A stretch of 64,000 nt of DNA from contig CM022665.1 in assembly GCA_012295275.1 (NCBI GenBank), positions 14,632,001 to 14,696,000 on the forward strand. The letters are read 5' to 3'. The position numbers were made by a program, and so were the translations under genes. This DNA comes from Chrysomallon squamiferum (Eukaryota; Animalia; Mollusca). Each line of letters starts with the position of its first letter. Position 1 is the first letter of the stretch. Shown here one piece after another: positions 28,165 to 41,903 of this stretch. Under the pieces are notes generated by a model. The model was not told the origin of the DNA and searched no databases. It was given only the letters and a program-made list of their open reading frames with translations.

Positions 28165-30469
28165 TGAGTCTGGTGAATTCTTTGTTGTTATTAAAAATGT
28201 TCAATCATATCTGACACGAGTTGTGTAAGAAAGCTGTGTGAAATACAGGTTTTTAAATATTACTGTTTATTATCATAACAACAATGTTGAGAATAACAGG
28301 CAGAAAGAGAGAAAGGCAGAGAGAGAGGTGCAGAGTGGGAAAGAAAGAGAACGAGAACACAGAGAAAAAGCAACACCAAGTCAGACCAGACACAGAGAGA
28401 AGATGAAAGAGAAAGACAAAAATGGAAGCAGGAGAGATTAAACCCATAAACTCAAAATTTAAAATATTAAATAGCACATAACTTTAATTCTTCTTTCTGT
28501 ATAATAAACTGGTCATTTGTGAGTCAGCACTCCAGTACAAAAAAAATAATAATAATAATAAAATAAATAAATAAAAAAATGAAAACAAATTCATATATAA
28601 AAAAACCCTACAATTTAGAAAGGATATTAAAATAGAAAAAGTTTCGACAAAATAAATAAGGTATGAGAGATCACCATTAATGAATTTTTATAATTTTCAT
28701 GTAATTTTTATGTCTCAAAAAAAAAAAAAAAAAAAAAAAAAGATAGAAAGAGAAAAAATGAAAAATAGGAAAGAACCAAATGAACATGAAATGGAATGGC
28801 AAAACTGCCCTAAGATGTGAAACTCAGTTATATTTCATACAAGATGCAGATATTAATGTGACAGAGGGGCTGGCTGAACTAATAACTGTATGCACAAGTA
28901 AGCAAACAGGGCACTCATCAATATCTGCTGCTGACAAGATGGATTATTGGCAGGCCATGCAGTCAGGAAAATTCATCCCCAGTGACTGAATCTATCACAG
29001 CTTGGATATTAAACCATTATCAGAAAGGAAAAAAAACAACCTAGAAAGTTCTATGCTTTTACTGTTAATGGCTTGAGAGAGAGAAAGAAAAAAAAATGAT
29101 GTGAAAAAATTGAAAAAACAAAAAAACCAAAAAAAAAAAACCTTACAAATTGTTACTGACTGGACTTAGGAAAGTGAATAAGTGTTATGTTTACTTAGCA
29201 GTATTCACTTCTTCATGAATATTCTGTCTGTCTCTCTCTTCTTTTTTAATTCTTTCTCTCTTTCTTTTTATCTATTTTTCTAAAATTAGTTTTTCTATCT
29301 TGTTAAAAACTACAACAATCCACAAATTATCATGGCAAATGAAAGGCGAGTACCTTTACAAAGCAAAATAACAATAAAACCCATTTTTATACACACATTC
29401 CCATTACACAAATATTACTATCATGTAAAACAATAAAACCAAATGATATGACAAAAATATGACAACCCAATGAATAAAAAAATTTACATAAACAATGACT
29501 ATATTCAAGCACATAATATTATATGTGTTTTGCATGCACCAGTGTATCTGTGAATGTTCTTTCCAATACTCTTAATCATGATAAACTCTAGTACAGATCT
29601 ATTTCTCAATGTGTGTGTTTACAAAAAGGTAAATTACAGTGGGAGACACTAAGACTGAGTCGATACTTGACTTCAATAAATGAATGACATGGGCTGATAA
29701 CACTGAAATGCATACACACTCACATCCTTCTAGTATTTAACCACTTAAAATAATTTATATCATTATGACTTTGTGCTCCTATATTTTGTTATGGCTTTAA
29801 GAAATGACAGTATATGCGTGGGTGAGAAAGCATTTTGTGTGTGTGTGCGTGTGCATGTGCATGTGTGTGAAATTATACTCATTCCCCAGCAAATACTGGT
29901 TGTTTTTTATTCCAAATACACAGTCCACAATTGACATCACTCTACTTTATTGGTGATTTTTTTAATTTTTTAAAAATATATATGCATTTTTTATTTTGTG
30001 TGTGCATGTGTGTTTGTGTATCTCTGTCTGTCCATTTCTTTCTGTGTGCCTGTGTCTCTTTTTTGTTTGTTTTTGTATTTGATTTTCTTTTTCTTTTTCT
30101 CTCTTTCTATGTGTGTGTCTTTTGTCCTCCGTCTAGAAGAGATTAAATTGCTAAATTACTACATGTCATATTACAAATAAATATATGACTAACATATATT
30201 TTGCTTACCAATTTACATTCAATACACATACACAATTCAGATCCATTACCAGTATCATCTTCATGTATAATGAAAAATGTCTTTGCATTTATGTATTTGT
30301 GAAAACAACAATAAACAAACAAAAAACTTAAATGAATTTAATAAACTCTACCTTTTATAATATTTACAAAAACCCAAATTTTAATTTTAATTTTCAAATT
30401 AATATTTTGTGTAATGACATTATTAATGCAGTCGTTTATTTTTATACATAAAATAAACTCCACAGTAAT

Positions 30470-31135
30470 AGAAATGTAAAACATTTGCATTTATTACAAT
30501 TTAAAAAATTGGGTATTACAAATTAATCATCTCAGCTTTCAATTTTATATATTTTCTAAACTAAAAACATTTCTATTGAAATTCCACATTAATAAAAAGA
30601 TTTTTTTTAAAAAAAGGATGTTAAAAAAGAAATCAAATGCAATTGAAACTGAAATTCACAATTTTTAAAAAAATAGCAAATATATTGTATCAGCTTTCAA
30701 ATTTATACATTTGTACAAAAAAACCCATTACTGCTGTAATCTTCCACTGATAAAAAATAAAAATAAATCAAATGTAATTAAAATTTACATATTTTTTTAT
30801 ATTCCAAACATATGGCATAACAACAAATTTATTTATGCATTTTCTATACATAAAACATATCAACAGCAATCCTACAAAAAAAAAAAAAAAAAAAAAAAGA
30901 CGAATGTAATTGAAATTCACACTCCATCTTTAGAACAAGTTGAGTATCAACAAATATAAAACATCACTTTTAAAATTAATATATTTTATGAAATATATTT
31001 AACATCACATCCTTCTGTTTATCATTGTTCTTTTTTTTTTTTCTCTTTTTCTTTTTTTGTAGAGCAATAAAATTATAACTGAAATTTTATAAGTGTAATA
31101 CAAAAGCAATTTGATGATATCAACTTTCAGAATAA
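30470..31135. repeat. Highly degenerate AT-rich tandem array
   Basis: Recurrent AATG(T/C)AATT(G/A)AAA...T(C/T)ACA and TCA(G/A)CTTTCA blocks at irregular spacing. Confidence 0.45.
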
Positions 31136-31261
31136 AATATTTTGTTTCATATGTATGTTTAGTGTGGTAAAATCACACACACACACACACACTAATTCAG
31201 TACAGATGCACACAGAACTGAAATAATTTTTTAAAACATTAATAAATCATTACATGTGTTT

Positions 31262-31331
<70 letters not shown>

Positions 31332-31337
31332 CGAGAG
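31262..31337. repeat. (TG)n(AG)n compound microsatellite
   Basis: Direct inspection. Confidence 0.95.
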
Positions 31338-31507
31338 TCTATACATGCCTGTATTTACATAATCTCATAATTTAATAAATACATAATCCACTTCTATTTC
31401 TAATGACAGATTTAATATTCAAAAGTGAGTCTACTTTTCTTTTTTTTTACATCAAATGACAAAATATGTAACATCAATTCTTAAACAATATATATCTTTT
31501 TTTTTTC

Positions 31508-31511
<4 letters not shown>

Positions 31512-31554
<43 letters not shown>
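31512..31554. repeat. (CA)n microsatellite
   Basis: Perfect run. Confidence 0.95.
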
Positions 31555-31556
<2 letters not shown>

Positions 31557-32455
31557 CTCAAACACCACAGAGACACACACAAACACACCTTTCTTAAAAA
31601 CATTAACTTAACATTATACTGAAAACAGATACCTCAATGCCAGCGTCACCGTCTGACAGCTAACATTCTGACAGTTTAATCTCAATTAAACACAGTAATT
31701 TCCTCTACACACCAAACTTGTTTTAAATCCTCATTAGTGCCCTGACACATTCCAAACATTTACAACCAGGCTATATTGATCGATATTTTAATTTATTTTT
31801 TTTTTTTTTTTTTTTTTATTTTTTTGTTACACTTATTTATTTTATTTTATTTCAATTCTTTTTTTTATTTTTTTTTTTTTACATCAGAGAAAAATAAGTA
31901 TACAGATTATATTTTGTTCATAAAGACAGTTTCAGCATAATTTATTTCAAGTTATTTATTTGTCAAACCTAATAACGCAAATCCACAGTGTTTTATTATT
32001 TTCATTATCTACTTTAAAAATGCTTAAATTTTTTAAAAATGTATTTTAACTTGTATCTTGTTCAAACATAATAATTTAAATACCTCTTTTTCTTTCTTTT
32101 TTTTTCTTTTTTTAAATTATTTCAAAAATGATTAAAACAATGACTTCATTACATTTAAAAATATTTATAAATGCAAAAACAACACTGCATTTATTTCATA
32201 AACATGTTTCAAGTTATTTACTGCAGAAAACTAACAACTTAAAAGTTTTATTTATTTTAATTTGACCCAAGTACCATGCCAATTTTGTTATAATTTATTA
32301 AATATTAAAAAAACAATTGATAAAGAACAAGATATATTTTTAATTACAACATTTTCTTTTTCAGTGGGCATGCTGTCATCAGAGTGTGGGATCACTATCA
32401 ATCATTAGGGCACAGTAATCACTTTCTCATTTTGTTTCTACAACTCTGCCATCAC

Positions 32456-32538
32456 TGGCACAATCAGACAAACAGTAATATCAGTTGCTCAGCCATTTTT
32501 ATTATTCTTATTTTTTTTTAATATTCAGTTTTTTATCT

Positions 32539-32577
<39 letters not shown>

Positions 32578-32620
32578 TTTTCATTGCAACAATCAGACAA
32601 CAGTAATAAGAGTTATTATT
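32456..32620. repeat. Duplication with ~129-bp spacing enclosing (TTTA)n
   Basis: CAATCAGACAAACAGTAATA at 32461 and CAATCAGACAACAGTAATA at 32590. Confidence 0.7.
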
Positions 32621-33545
32621 ATTTTTTTATTTTTTTTAATGTATACTTGCCATATTTATTTATTTACACTACTACTTCATATGTTGGTAAATTCAACCTT
32701 TTAAACTATAACATTCACGTATCTCCATTCAGTTTTATTTATTTGTGTATATCTGCTTACAAAATATTAACAACAACAAGAACAACAAAACCCATGAAAG
32801 AAAACAATTTTGCAAATGATTTATTCAGCTTTTACTTGTTAACTTTCATTATCTGCATGTAATCTCAGAGAATACAGCACCAGTTATAAGTTTGTCAAGT
32901 TATTTTTTTTTCAACTTTCAACATAAGACATGATGTCACAATTGTACAGGAAGAAAAAAGGAATAGTGGCCGCATACATTATTTATGGTGGATATTATAT
33001 TATTGTCAGCCATTGTTGTTTTTCAAATATTGCTCTCTGGAACAAATAACATAATAAGTAAGTAAAACAAAATGTTTTATACCTTTTTTTTTTTTTTTTT
33101 TTTTTTAATAATATTGATTATAATGTGGGCAAATTCTTGACTTTAATTTTTGTTTCAGCTCCATAGCAGAACTGATAAGGAAGATGTATGATAATTAACT
33201 AGAAAAAAAAAAAAAAAAATAATAATAATAATAATAATAATAATAAAGCACTGTCTGGGAATCAAAACAGGCCAGAGCTTAAACCAGTGTATTAACTTCA
33301 ACATTTTTTTTAAAAGATAAAATAATAATAATAATAATAGTAAATAAATAATCATACTAATAAAATAAAAATAAAAATACTAAACCAAGGCATGGATTGA
33401 AGAGGAGTGATTATGAGTACAAGGATATTAAAACTGTAAGCTCAAACCTTCTTTTAAAATCTGAAATGTACTTTTCTTGCCACCAAAAAAGACCACAACA
33501 ACTTTTTTTTTTTTCTCTTTTTTTAGAGAGTATTACCAGAAAAAT

Positions 33546-33800
33546 AGTGACTGTAAGTCTGAGATCTATAACTATGAAGAAATTTTACTCCAAGGTATAA
33601 TAAAAATATGAGAAAAATAAAATACTGAACTATGAGGTTCCTGAGTAATAAGAATTACAAGTCTGAGATTTATGTGCAAGTTCACTCTAATTTATAACTA
33701 AAAATATGAGAAAAATAAAATACTGAACAATGAGATTCCTACACTGAGTAACAGTGACTACAAGTTTCAGATCTATGAAGCAATTTACTCCAAGTTATAA
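33546..33800. repeat. Tandem repeat, ~2.5 copies of ~98 bp
   Basis: The identical 30-mer TAAAAATATGAGAAAAATAAAATACTGAAC occurs at 33601 and 33699. An AAGTCTGAGAT-like block occurs three times. Confidence 0.85.
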
Positions 33801-34231
33801 CAGGTCACGAAGAACTAATCCATCTTCTCCCTTTTGTTTCTTAATGCTTGTACTGCTTGTGTTTGCAGTGATTAGAAAACCTTCTACCTGCCACTGAAGT
33901 TTCCTTTGGTGGATATCAACAAGATGAATCCCAAGGAGCTATCGGGCAATTCCATCAGCCAAGCTTTCACACCAGTATCACTCATCAGTGTAAATCATAA
34001 CACAGCAAGGTTTGCCAGGAAAAGATGAGGAAAAAATCTGCTTCAATTTTTTTCTTCTTTTTTTTCCTTTTTCTTCTTTTCTTTCTTTCTATCCATTTCC
34101 ATTTGGTGGCAAATCAGTTAAGCTACTGTAGTAGGGCATGATTTTCATATGTAACACATTGATGGTGTTTCTTTTTAATATTATTATTACTATTTTAAAG
34201 ATATGTAACAAATTTTATATAATAAAACAAA

Positions 34232-34317
34232 TATTATGTCAGTGATTTTTGTGCAATGAAACATTTCATTTTTATTATTATGTCAGTGAGTTTTATGTAA
34301 AGAAAGAGTTAATTTTT
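34232..34317. repeat. 44-bp tandem duplication
   Basis: TATTATGTCAGTGA at 34232 and 34276, with similar continuations. Confidence 0.75.
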
Positions 34318-35639
34318 GGATAACTCTAAATCTCACTTTGACAAGATTTTTTTTAAACTGCTTCACTATTGTTAGTCTAACAGTTTTAATTTTTCTGTAA
34401 ATTATTCAACATTTTACATTCTGTGTAAAAGAACAATTTATCTGCATACAACTCATACATTTTTTTTATTTTAACACTTAATATTATGTCATTCCAAATT
34501 TTTAAGTTTTTGTTTATTTTTGTTTATTGTTTTTGTCAACCAGAGCTTAACATATTCACTTAAATGTATAAAGTGTCAGTTCTAATTTGCTGTCTGAAAA
34601 TCTACATTTGATTTAATATTTCACTTTAAAAGGAATAAGAATAAAAATAAATCAATAAAGTTATTTTACCAAAGAAATATTTATATATGTACAGATCTGC
34701 ACAGAACAGAAATCTCAATCTAAACACAATAACATATATTAACAGCATGTGCATGGGGATCAGATGTCATTGCAAAGTTTTATGAATTGAAAGCATTTGC
34801 AAGAAAATGTGCAATAACTTATATATGACATGTATGAACTTTATTCCGCACTGCTTTCAATAGCCAACAAATTGATTGTGTATGGAGCTTCCGTTTGAGT
34901 TAATAGATTAATAATTGAACTTAGCTTTTGGTAAATATGAGTGACACAAATGACTGTTGAACATTTATGCCATCTGAAGCAATCATGAAGAAAGAATGTT
35001 TGAATGACCAGCCCAGCCCAAGAAGAATTCTCAAAAAAAAGAATGTTGTATTGTAGCAACAACACAAATGTAAACAAGTGTTTTATGTAAATAAATGTAA
35101 AGCTGACAAAAATGGAAATGTATATTTGTTTTATAATAGCTGTGCTATTTTTCTGGTGTTTAATTATCATTTATAATTTAACACTAAGAAATTTACAGCG
35201 TTCCTGTTGAATCATTTACAAGTTATCTTTGTTATACTATTTCTAGAACAGACATTTTTAACAGAGAAACTTAGCTGACGTGAACACCTTTTAACTTGAA
35301 AGATCAATAAAGGATTGTGAAATGAAACAGTTAAACAATTGGGAAGACATTATAATTTTAACTTTTTTTTTTTTTCTTTGTCCATTTCATTTTTTTCTGA
35401 AGAATAGAATATTTATTAATATAAAATTTAAAATGATCTTTATTATTATTATAATTTTTTATTATTATAATGTTTTTTTTTTTTAAATTAAACATTGCTT
35501 TTAAGGAATAAAAATAAATACAAAATCAGCCTCCAGAGAACAGACTATGGATGTGGCACAAATCAAATAATAAACAGCTATGAAAGCTTTTATGAATTTG
35601 GCTTTTAATGCAACCTTTGCTGTAGCAAAATGAAGTAAA

Positions 35640-36390
35640 ACATAACATCTGAAAATCTCAAGAGTTGGATAATTTTGTTACAGGTATTGCTAAAAATCAG
35701 AATTCTCTATTTAGTCAAGAGGACAGTCACAGTTTGAAGAATAATAAACTGAAACCTGTTTTACACAGCAGTGGTGAAAGAGATGAAATCATTTGAAAGT
35801 GTCAGTTGGATAATTTTATCATAGGTCCTATGAATGTCAAGATACCATCTTTTTCATCTGAAATGACTTCCAGTTGGAACAAAAAAAACAGAAAAACAAA
35901 CTGAAAGCTGCTATACACAGACATGTGGAAAAAGGTGATAACATTTTGAGAATTTCAGAGAAAGATAATTTTATTATAGTTACTGAAGGGTCAGAATATT
36001 ATCTTTTGCCATAAAAAAACCCACAAAGATATTTTTAAAACAAACTAAAATCTCTTAAACATAGTAACAGTAAAAAAAAACAATGATTATAATTTTTAAA
36101 ATAAATAAATAAATAACAACACTGCTAATGTCAGGGCTGTAACTGAAACAATGCAAAAGATTATACTATTTAAGAATCTCAGCAAGGGATGATTTCAAGT
36201 ACAGGTATCTTGAGATTTAAAACACTGTCTTTTAGTCAAGAGGACTGCCACAATTATGATAAGCTAGCTCAGCTTACTCTTAGAAGTACAAGTGGAGAAA
36301 TGAAAAATAAAACAACAATATGGAAAAAGATGATCACTGAGAATTCCCCAGAAACTGCTGAATGTCAGATTCTCACCTTTCAAAGAGATG
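35640..36390. repeat. Degenerate tandem array, ~4-5 copies of ~140-160 bp
   Basis: AGTTGGATAATTTT at 35663 and 35804; AGATAATTTT at ~35963; TTTAGTCAAGAGGAC at 35710 and 36231; AAACTGAAA...TACACAG twice. Confidence 0.7.
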
Positions 36391-36507
36391 TATGAAATAC
36401 TTGTCAGAAATCAACATGATTTACAACTTCAATCATCAATACAATTTTCTAATCTCAGTGTTTTTTTATCTTAAGCTCTCACTTTTTTCTTTTCTTTATA
36501 ATAATAG

Positions 36508-36508
36508 C

Positions 36509-36541
<33 letters not shown>

Positions 36542-36583
36542 TGTTGTTGTTGGTAGCAATAACAATAATAATAATAATAATAA
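36508..36583. repeat. (AGT)n/(TTG)n/(AAT)n compound microsatellite
   Basis: Direct inspection. Confidence 0.9.
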
Positions 36584-39500
36584 TGATCTGAGTTGCAACT
36601 GAAACTCGGAGCACTTTGCTCATACCAGTGGACACAATATTCATTATAAATACAGTTGTAATGAAAATGATATATAAATTATTAATGAATGTTGTGTGCA
36701 TTTAGGCATATACAGATGTCAGTATATATTTTTTATTTTTTTTATTTTAAAAAGAGTTTATATAAATTAAAGATAAGAACTGCATTGAAAATAAATCTTT
36801 ATCTGCCCAATGATTTATTCATCAGGCTCCATGTTAAACAGCAACTATACTTTTAAAAATTAAAATGAACATACATTTTAGACATGAGTATATTTTATTT
36901 TTTTGGTTTTTTAAATTGTTTTCTCTACCATATCCCAGTTGGTGTCTGCTAAGAAAACTTACATGTGGAAAACTCTCGGCAAACCTGTGTATTTTGATGC
37001 CAAACTATTTTGATAGGCAAGTCTTCTGGTACATTCCTTTCATTGTGAATGACAAGACATATGTACAGCAGTGTTTCACAATTTTGCTCTTGACAGTTGT
37101 TCTCTGCATTTTTTTCTTATTTCTGGCCCCAAAACAACAGCTGAGGCATTAGAAAAAATATGTATAAAAAAAAAAAAAAAAGGGAGAAAAACCCAAACAA
37201 ACTAAAGCCTGGAGTGTTTGGAGAAGATTATTAAAAACAGTTTTATTTCTCTTGGGACTGATTAGCCATGTAGGTTTAAAGTTGTGCACTGGGATACTAA
37301 GGGTCATTTACTTTATTTTATTGTGTTCCTTTTCCTTGAAATGATAAATAGTTGGAAAGATGTGAGTACAGTTGGGTCATTAATATAAAACTACTTTATG
37401 ATGAAGCTTTAGTTATTAATTATCTATGATACTAGGCCATGTGTGTTTATATATATACTGTGAACTTTGGATTTACAATATTTTGAAACTGATACTTTAT
37501 CAGCAAAAACAAATCAAAAGTTGTTAGCAAAGAAAATACTTATATACTTTTACTCATTTCTTTTTAGGGTCAGTGAGTGGGTGAGTGAGACAGGAGAGAC
37601 AGACAGACAGATAGATAGAGAGAGCAAATGAGATAGAGAAAGAAAAGGCAGAATCACAGAAAAACAGTAAAAAAAATAAAAATAAATAAAGATGAAAGTT
37701 GGGGGTCTAAGGAAAAACATACAGAGAAACAGAATGAAGGTTAACAAAGATAAAACAGATAAACGGAGATTTCTTCTTTCTTTTTTTTTTAGAAGAAATT
37801 TACTTTTCACAAGATATGATAGCCATGGATTTAAATATTCTCAGTTTAATGGCCCTGGAAACAGCTGATGTTTAAACACAACTTTTAAATAAGTTAACCT
37901 TTAACTTAAAATGTGGTTACTTAGAATACTCTGCTGAACTTTAGAAGCTACATGCATTTTCTCACTTATGAAATATTTCCCTGTGGAACATATTCATGCT
38001 CCTGGCATTTATAAATAACAACGGAACAGAAAAATGTATTGAACATGTATTGCATGCAGAGAAAATGTTTTCCATTACCCAGAACTGTTCTTTTCTAATT
38101 CTAACTGGCACATTTGTATTTGTTCATTTCTCCTGGGACAAATACTTACAATTCTTTTCTAATTTTTCCCTTGTGAGACCAACACTGGATGCTCTTTACT
38201 AAATTTCTTTTTCACCCCAGAGACAAATAGGTGCTGAGGAACCAACGGTTGGTGTTAAGAATAACCAAGTGCCTTGGGATTTGACCATCAACCATCACTT
38301 TAGGCTAGCAATTACATAACACACAAGGGTCATTATAGAAAGAATGTGCATTCCTAAGGGAGCCTGTGAAACAGGAGAATGGAATAATTATCTATTTAGA
38401 CTGGAGGCACATTTCCAAGATGCACATTTGTAACAAGCAGTAAATTGGTGCAAATGTAAAATTAAAATAATTATGGGTACTAATAATATCTGGCATAAAT
38501 AATGTGCTGGCAATGAAACAGAAAACACTTAACTTTAATACTATTAAATAGTAATGTGGAGGAACAATGAATGGCAGGTCTGATACAGGAGACAGTGGCT
38601 TTTTTTGGTACAGCAGTTAAACTGTTGAACTTGGGTCTCTTAATCATATTTTCATATAATCTCACTAAAAGGCAAAAGTAGGAAATATATAGAGCCACTA
38701 TAATTACATGTCTCTCCCTGTCACAGGCAGAATGTTCTGACAATTAGATGCTTTCTCTTTTATTTCTATCCATATGAGCTGTATGCACATATCAGTTACA
38801 CTTGTACACTGAACACTAAATCTTGCCTAATTAATATCAAAGTAACAATTCAAAAGTTGTAAAAAAAATAACATTTAACATTTTTTAGAAATAATTTTTA
38901 ATAGTTTCAAGAATATTTCCCCCCCCCAACTGACATTAGATATGGAATATTGTTTTCTATTTTTGTTTCTGTTTCTTGTTTTCTTTTTCCCCCTAAGTAT
39001 ATCCTCTATTCAAGACAAATACTTTAGCTGAAATTTACTATATCTGTCTATCTGTTCTATTTTAATTAGATTTGATTTCACTATAATGTATGAACACAAG
39101 AATGGGAAAAAAATGCCAGCTTATATGAAATTACTATGAATATATTATTACTGTAACATCTGGATAATAATGACACACAAAAAATTATGTTTTGAATCTT
39201 CTATTAATCAGAATATATTGACATGAACCAGATTTCAGTGCTTTTTTATCTAACAAAGAATGTTAAAAGAAAAAGTATTAAAAAGATGATGATGAATAAA
39301 CATAAACAAAGCAGATGAATACAAATAAGAAGTAAAATGCAACAAACTTTAAAAATAGAGTCATTTTTATAAATTAAAAAACAAATTTTTTTTTTTTTTA
39401 AATTAATTGGGAAACAAACAAAAAAAAACCCAAACAAGACAAAAGAAATTAAAAATGATAAAAACCATGGAAAGTTCAGAAACAAGAAATAAAAGTGTTA

Positions 39501-39859
39501 GTTTCTTGATAAAGGTTTTCAAACTGACACCACAAGCAACAGAAGAGCTCAAAATTGGAGTTGGCCGAACAACAAAAAGTGAAAGTTTATCGAGAACAAT
39601 CAGGTATCATGGGAGACGGGCACAGGTATGAAAGTGTGAGGATGAAAGACAGGACAACCTGTGTCTGTCCATCTCCTACACGATGCTTCAAATGCAATTA
39701 CTTTATCAGACAACTTTTGTTCTGAGACTCCTGCCAAGAATTCGACCCAAGTGGTAACACAAGAAATTCCTACCAGATGCAAGTTTGTTCTTTTTTTTTC
39801 TCCTTCTTCTTCTTCATCTCTAAACATTTTTTTTTATTTTTAAACTTAATATATCTTAC

Positions 39860-39934
39860 CTCTGAGGTGGTCGTTATTTTGGAAGGAGGAGATGGGAGAA
39901 AGGAACTCATCAAGATGGTGTGTATCTTGCACAA
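39860..39934 (-). CDS. Candidate 75-nt symmetric internal exon (phase-1 reading xVQDTHHLDEFLSPISSFQNNDHLR), unknown gene
   Basis: Minus strand: actatttgtctttatctctgaaccag|TTGTGCAAG...CACCTCAGAG|gtaagat. Consensus donor, AG-free pyrimidine tract, length divisible by 3, two open frames, locally higher GC. Confidence 0.38.
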
Positions 39935-40309
39935 CTGGTTCAGAGATAAAGACAAATAGTGATCGATTGTAATTGCTTGTTTTCACTGCAAGTCTAATTT
40001 GGTTAACTTGTTTATTTTTGTGTTCATGAGCACACCAATGTTAATAACTTGTAAAAAAAATAATAATAATAATAATAAAAAAAAATATCCCAAAACATAT
40101 ATTTAAAAATAGTAACAGTTACAAAAAGAAAATAAGCCCACACATCTATTGTTGTTGTTGCTGTTGTTATTATTATTAACATTAATATATATTTTATAAA
40201 CCAAAACGTAAATAAATAAATAAATAAATAAAAACACTTAATGTTGTGTTTTTTTTAAAACTACGCAATTAATTAATACAAATTAAAATTAAAACAGAAT
40301 GTACTTTCA

Positions 40310-40405
40310 AGGTTGTTAGATGCTGCATGTAAAAGATCTGCTTTAACTTAATAAGAATAACCCATACTTTGAAAGCAGTGGCTTTCGTCTCATATCTCAC
40401 AAAAA
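40310..40405 (+). mobile_element. Decayed SINE fragment (3' part of central domain)
   Basis: GCATGTAAAAGATCTGCTTT...AAGAATAACCCAT...GCAGTGGCTTTCGTCTC resembles GCATATAAAAGAGCTTTTGCTGC at ~62968. Confidence 0.5.
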
Positions 40406-40786
40406 GCAAAGACTCATATATTTATTATTTTGGGGGAACGCAGAAGAAGAAGAAGAAAATGTATTTATTCAACAGTCCTATTTGCTGATAAAATACACAC
40501 ACTGCATAGAGTAAGCAGCTTAGAGCTTAAAGAAAACCATGTACATAGAAGTCGATGATGGTTTCTGCTATACAAGTTAACTTCACAAGTGCTTTATAAC
40601 CTGTGTTTTAATCTCCACCTTGAACATTACTTCTCCCTCGAGGCAATCATTTATGATGTTCTAACATGATTATGATCTATTATACGACAATATATGCCCC
40701 TCCAGAGTTAGAATGTCATCTCCATTAACAACAGATTTATTGCCACATAAAACAAGTTAAGTTCTTGTGGAGGCATGCACTAAATG

Positions 40787-41445
40787 GTTTATTTGGCTTA
40801 TAAGAAAATAATAATTAACTACAAATCACTGGTTATTAAATAAAAAAATTTATGATGAAAAGAGGGAAGAAAGAGAGATTTATCTGGCCAGTATGAAAAT
40901 AATTAAGAATTACAAATCATTTGGTTTAATTCAACAAAATTAAATTTAAATAAAAATATATATATAAAATGTATTTGGCCTATGTGAAAATAATGAAGAA
41001 GTACAGATTATTGGTTCATTAATTAAAAGAATACATGAAATTAAATTTTTGAAACAATGAAATAGTGGTAACATATTTGAGGTAAAAGGGAAAAAAAAAA
41101 TAATAATAATAATAATAATAAAAAAAGTAATATCAATAAATTATATAAAAAAATAATTAAAAAAAATAAAATAAAAATACTGCTGATTTATTTGGCCAAT
41201 ATGAAGGTAATTAAAATCAACAAATATTGATTTATTGCAATTTAAAAAAAATGAAGAAAAGCTATTGGCAGTTCATTTGGCTAATAAGAAAATAATTTCT
41301 ACATTTTACATTTTAAAAATCCCAAACAAAAGTCATTCAATGATTTATTTAGCTAATATGATAATAATTAAATAAAAAATAAATAAATAATGCTTGTTTA
41401 TTTGGCTAATAAGCAAATTATTAATTTCTCAAAACTATTGATTTA
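40787..41445. repeat. Seven degenerate copies of a ~28-bp motif TTTATTTGGC(C/T)AATA(T/A)GAAAATAATT with variable AT-rich spacers
   Basis: Copies at ~40787, 40877, 40969, 41185, 41271, 41342 and 41396. Confidence 0.8.
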
Positions 41446-41903
41446 AAAAAAAAAATAAAAAATTAAAAATAAGAATGAAAGTTATAAGGATAATGAAATG
41501 ACCAAATTTTGCTGTTAAATGAAAATCACATATGTTTCTTTTTATAATTATTTTGATATAAAAATTAAAACTTTGAACATCTTCTTACAGTAAAAATCAA
41601 ATACCCAAGAGCTGTCAGTTTGGTAAAATGTAGCAAATACATTCACAAATTAATTTCAAGAATTAACTTACATTTACTGAAGCAATGAATGTTTCTAAAG
41701 CAAAAATTTATTTCTAGTTGCATGACATATGCTAATTATGTCATAAATTTCTGTATCAATCTTTCTGAATTACAATTCACAGGTTAATGTATTGAGATAA
41801 TTTGATCTTATCCCATCAACATTCACTAGCCATGTCTTAATTTAAATTATTAGTAATATACATGTATATGCATTATTAACTGACTTAAATTATTTTACTG
41901 ACA

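Noticed and set aside
40787-41445. CRISPR array
   Set aside because: Repeats are degenerate, spacing is irregular (54-215 bp), spacers are low-complexity, the context is eukaryotic and there are no cas genes.
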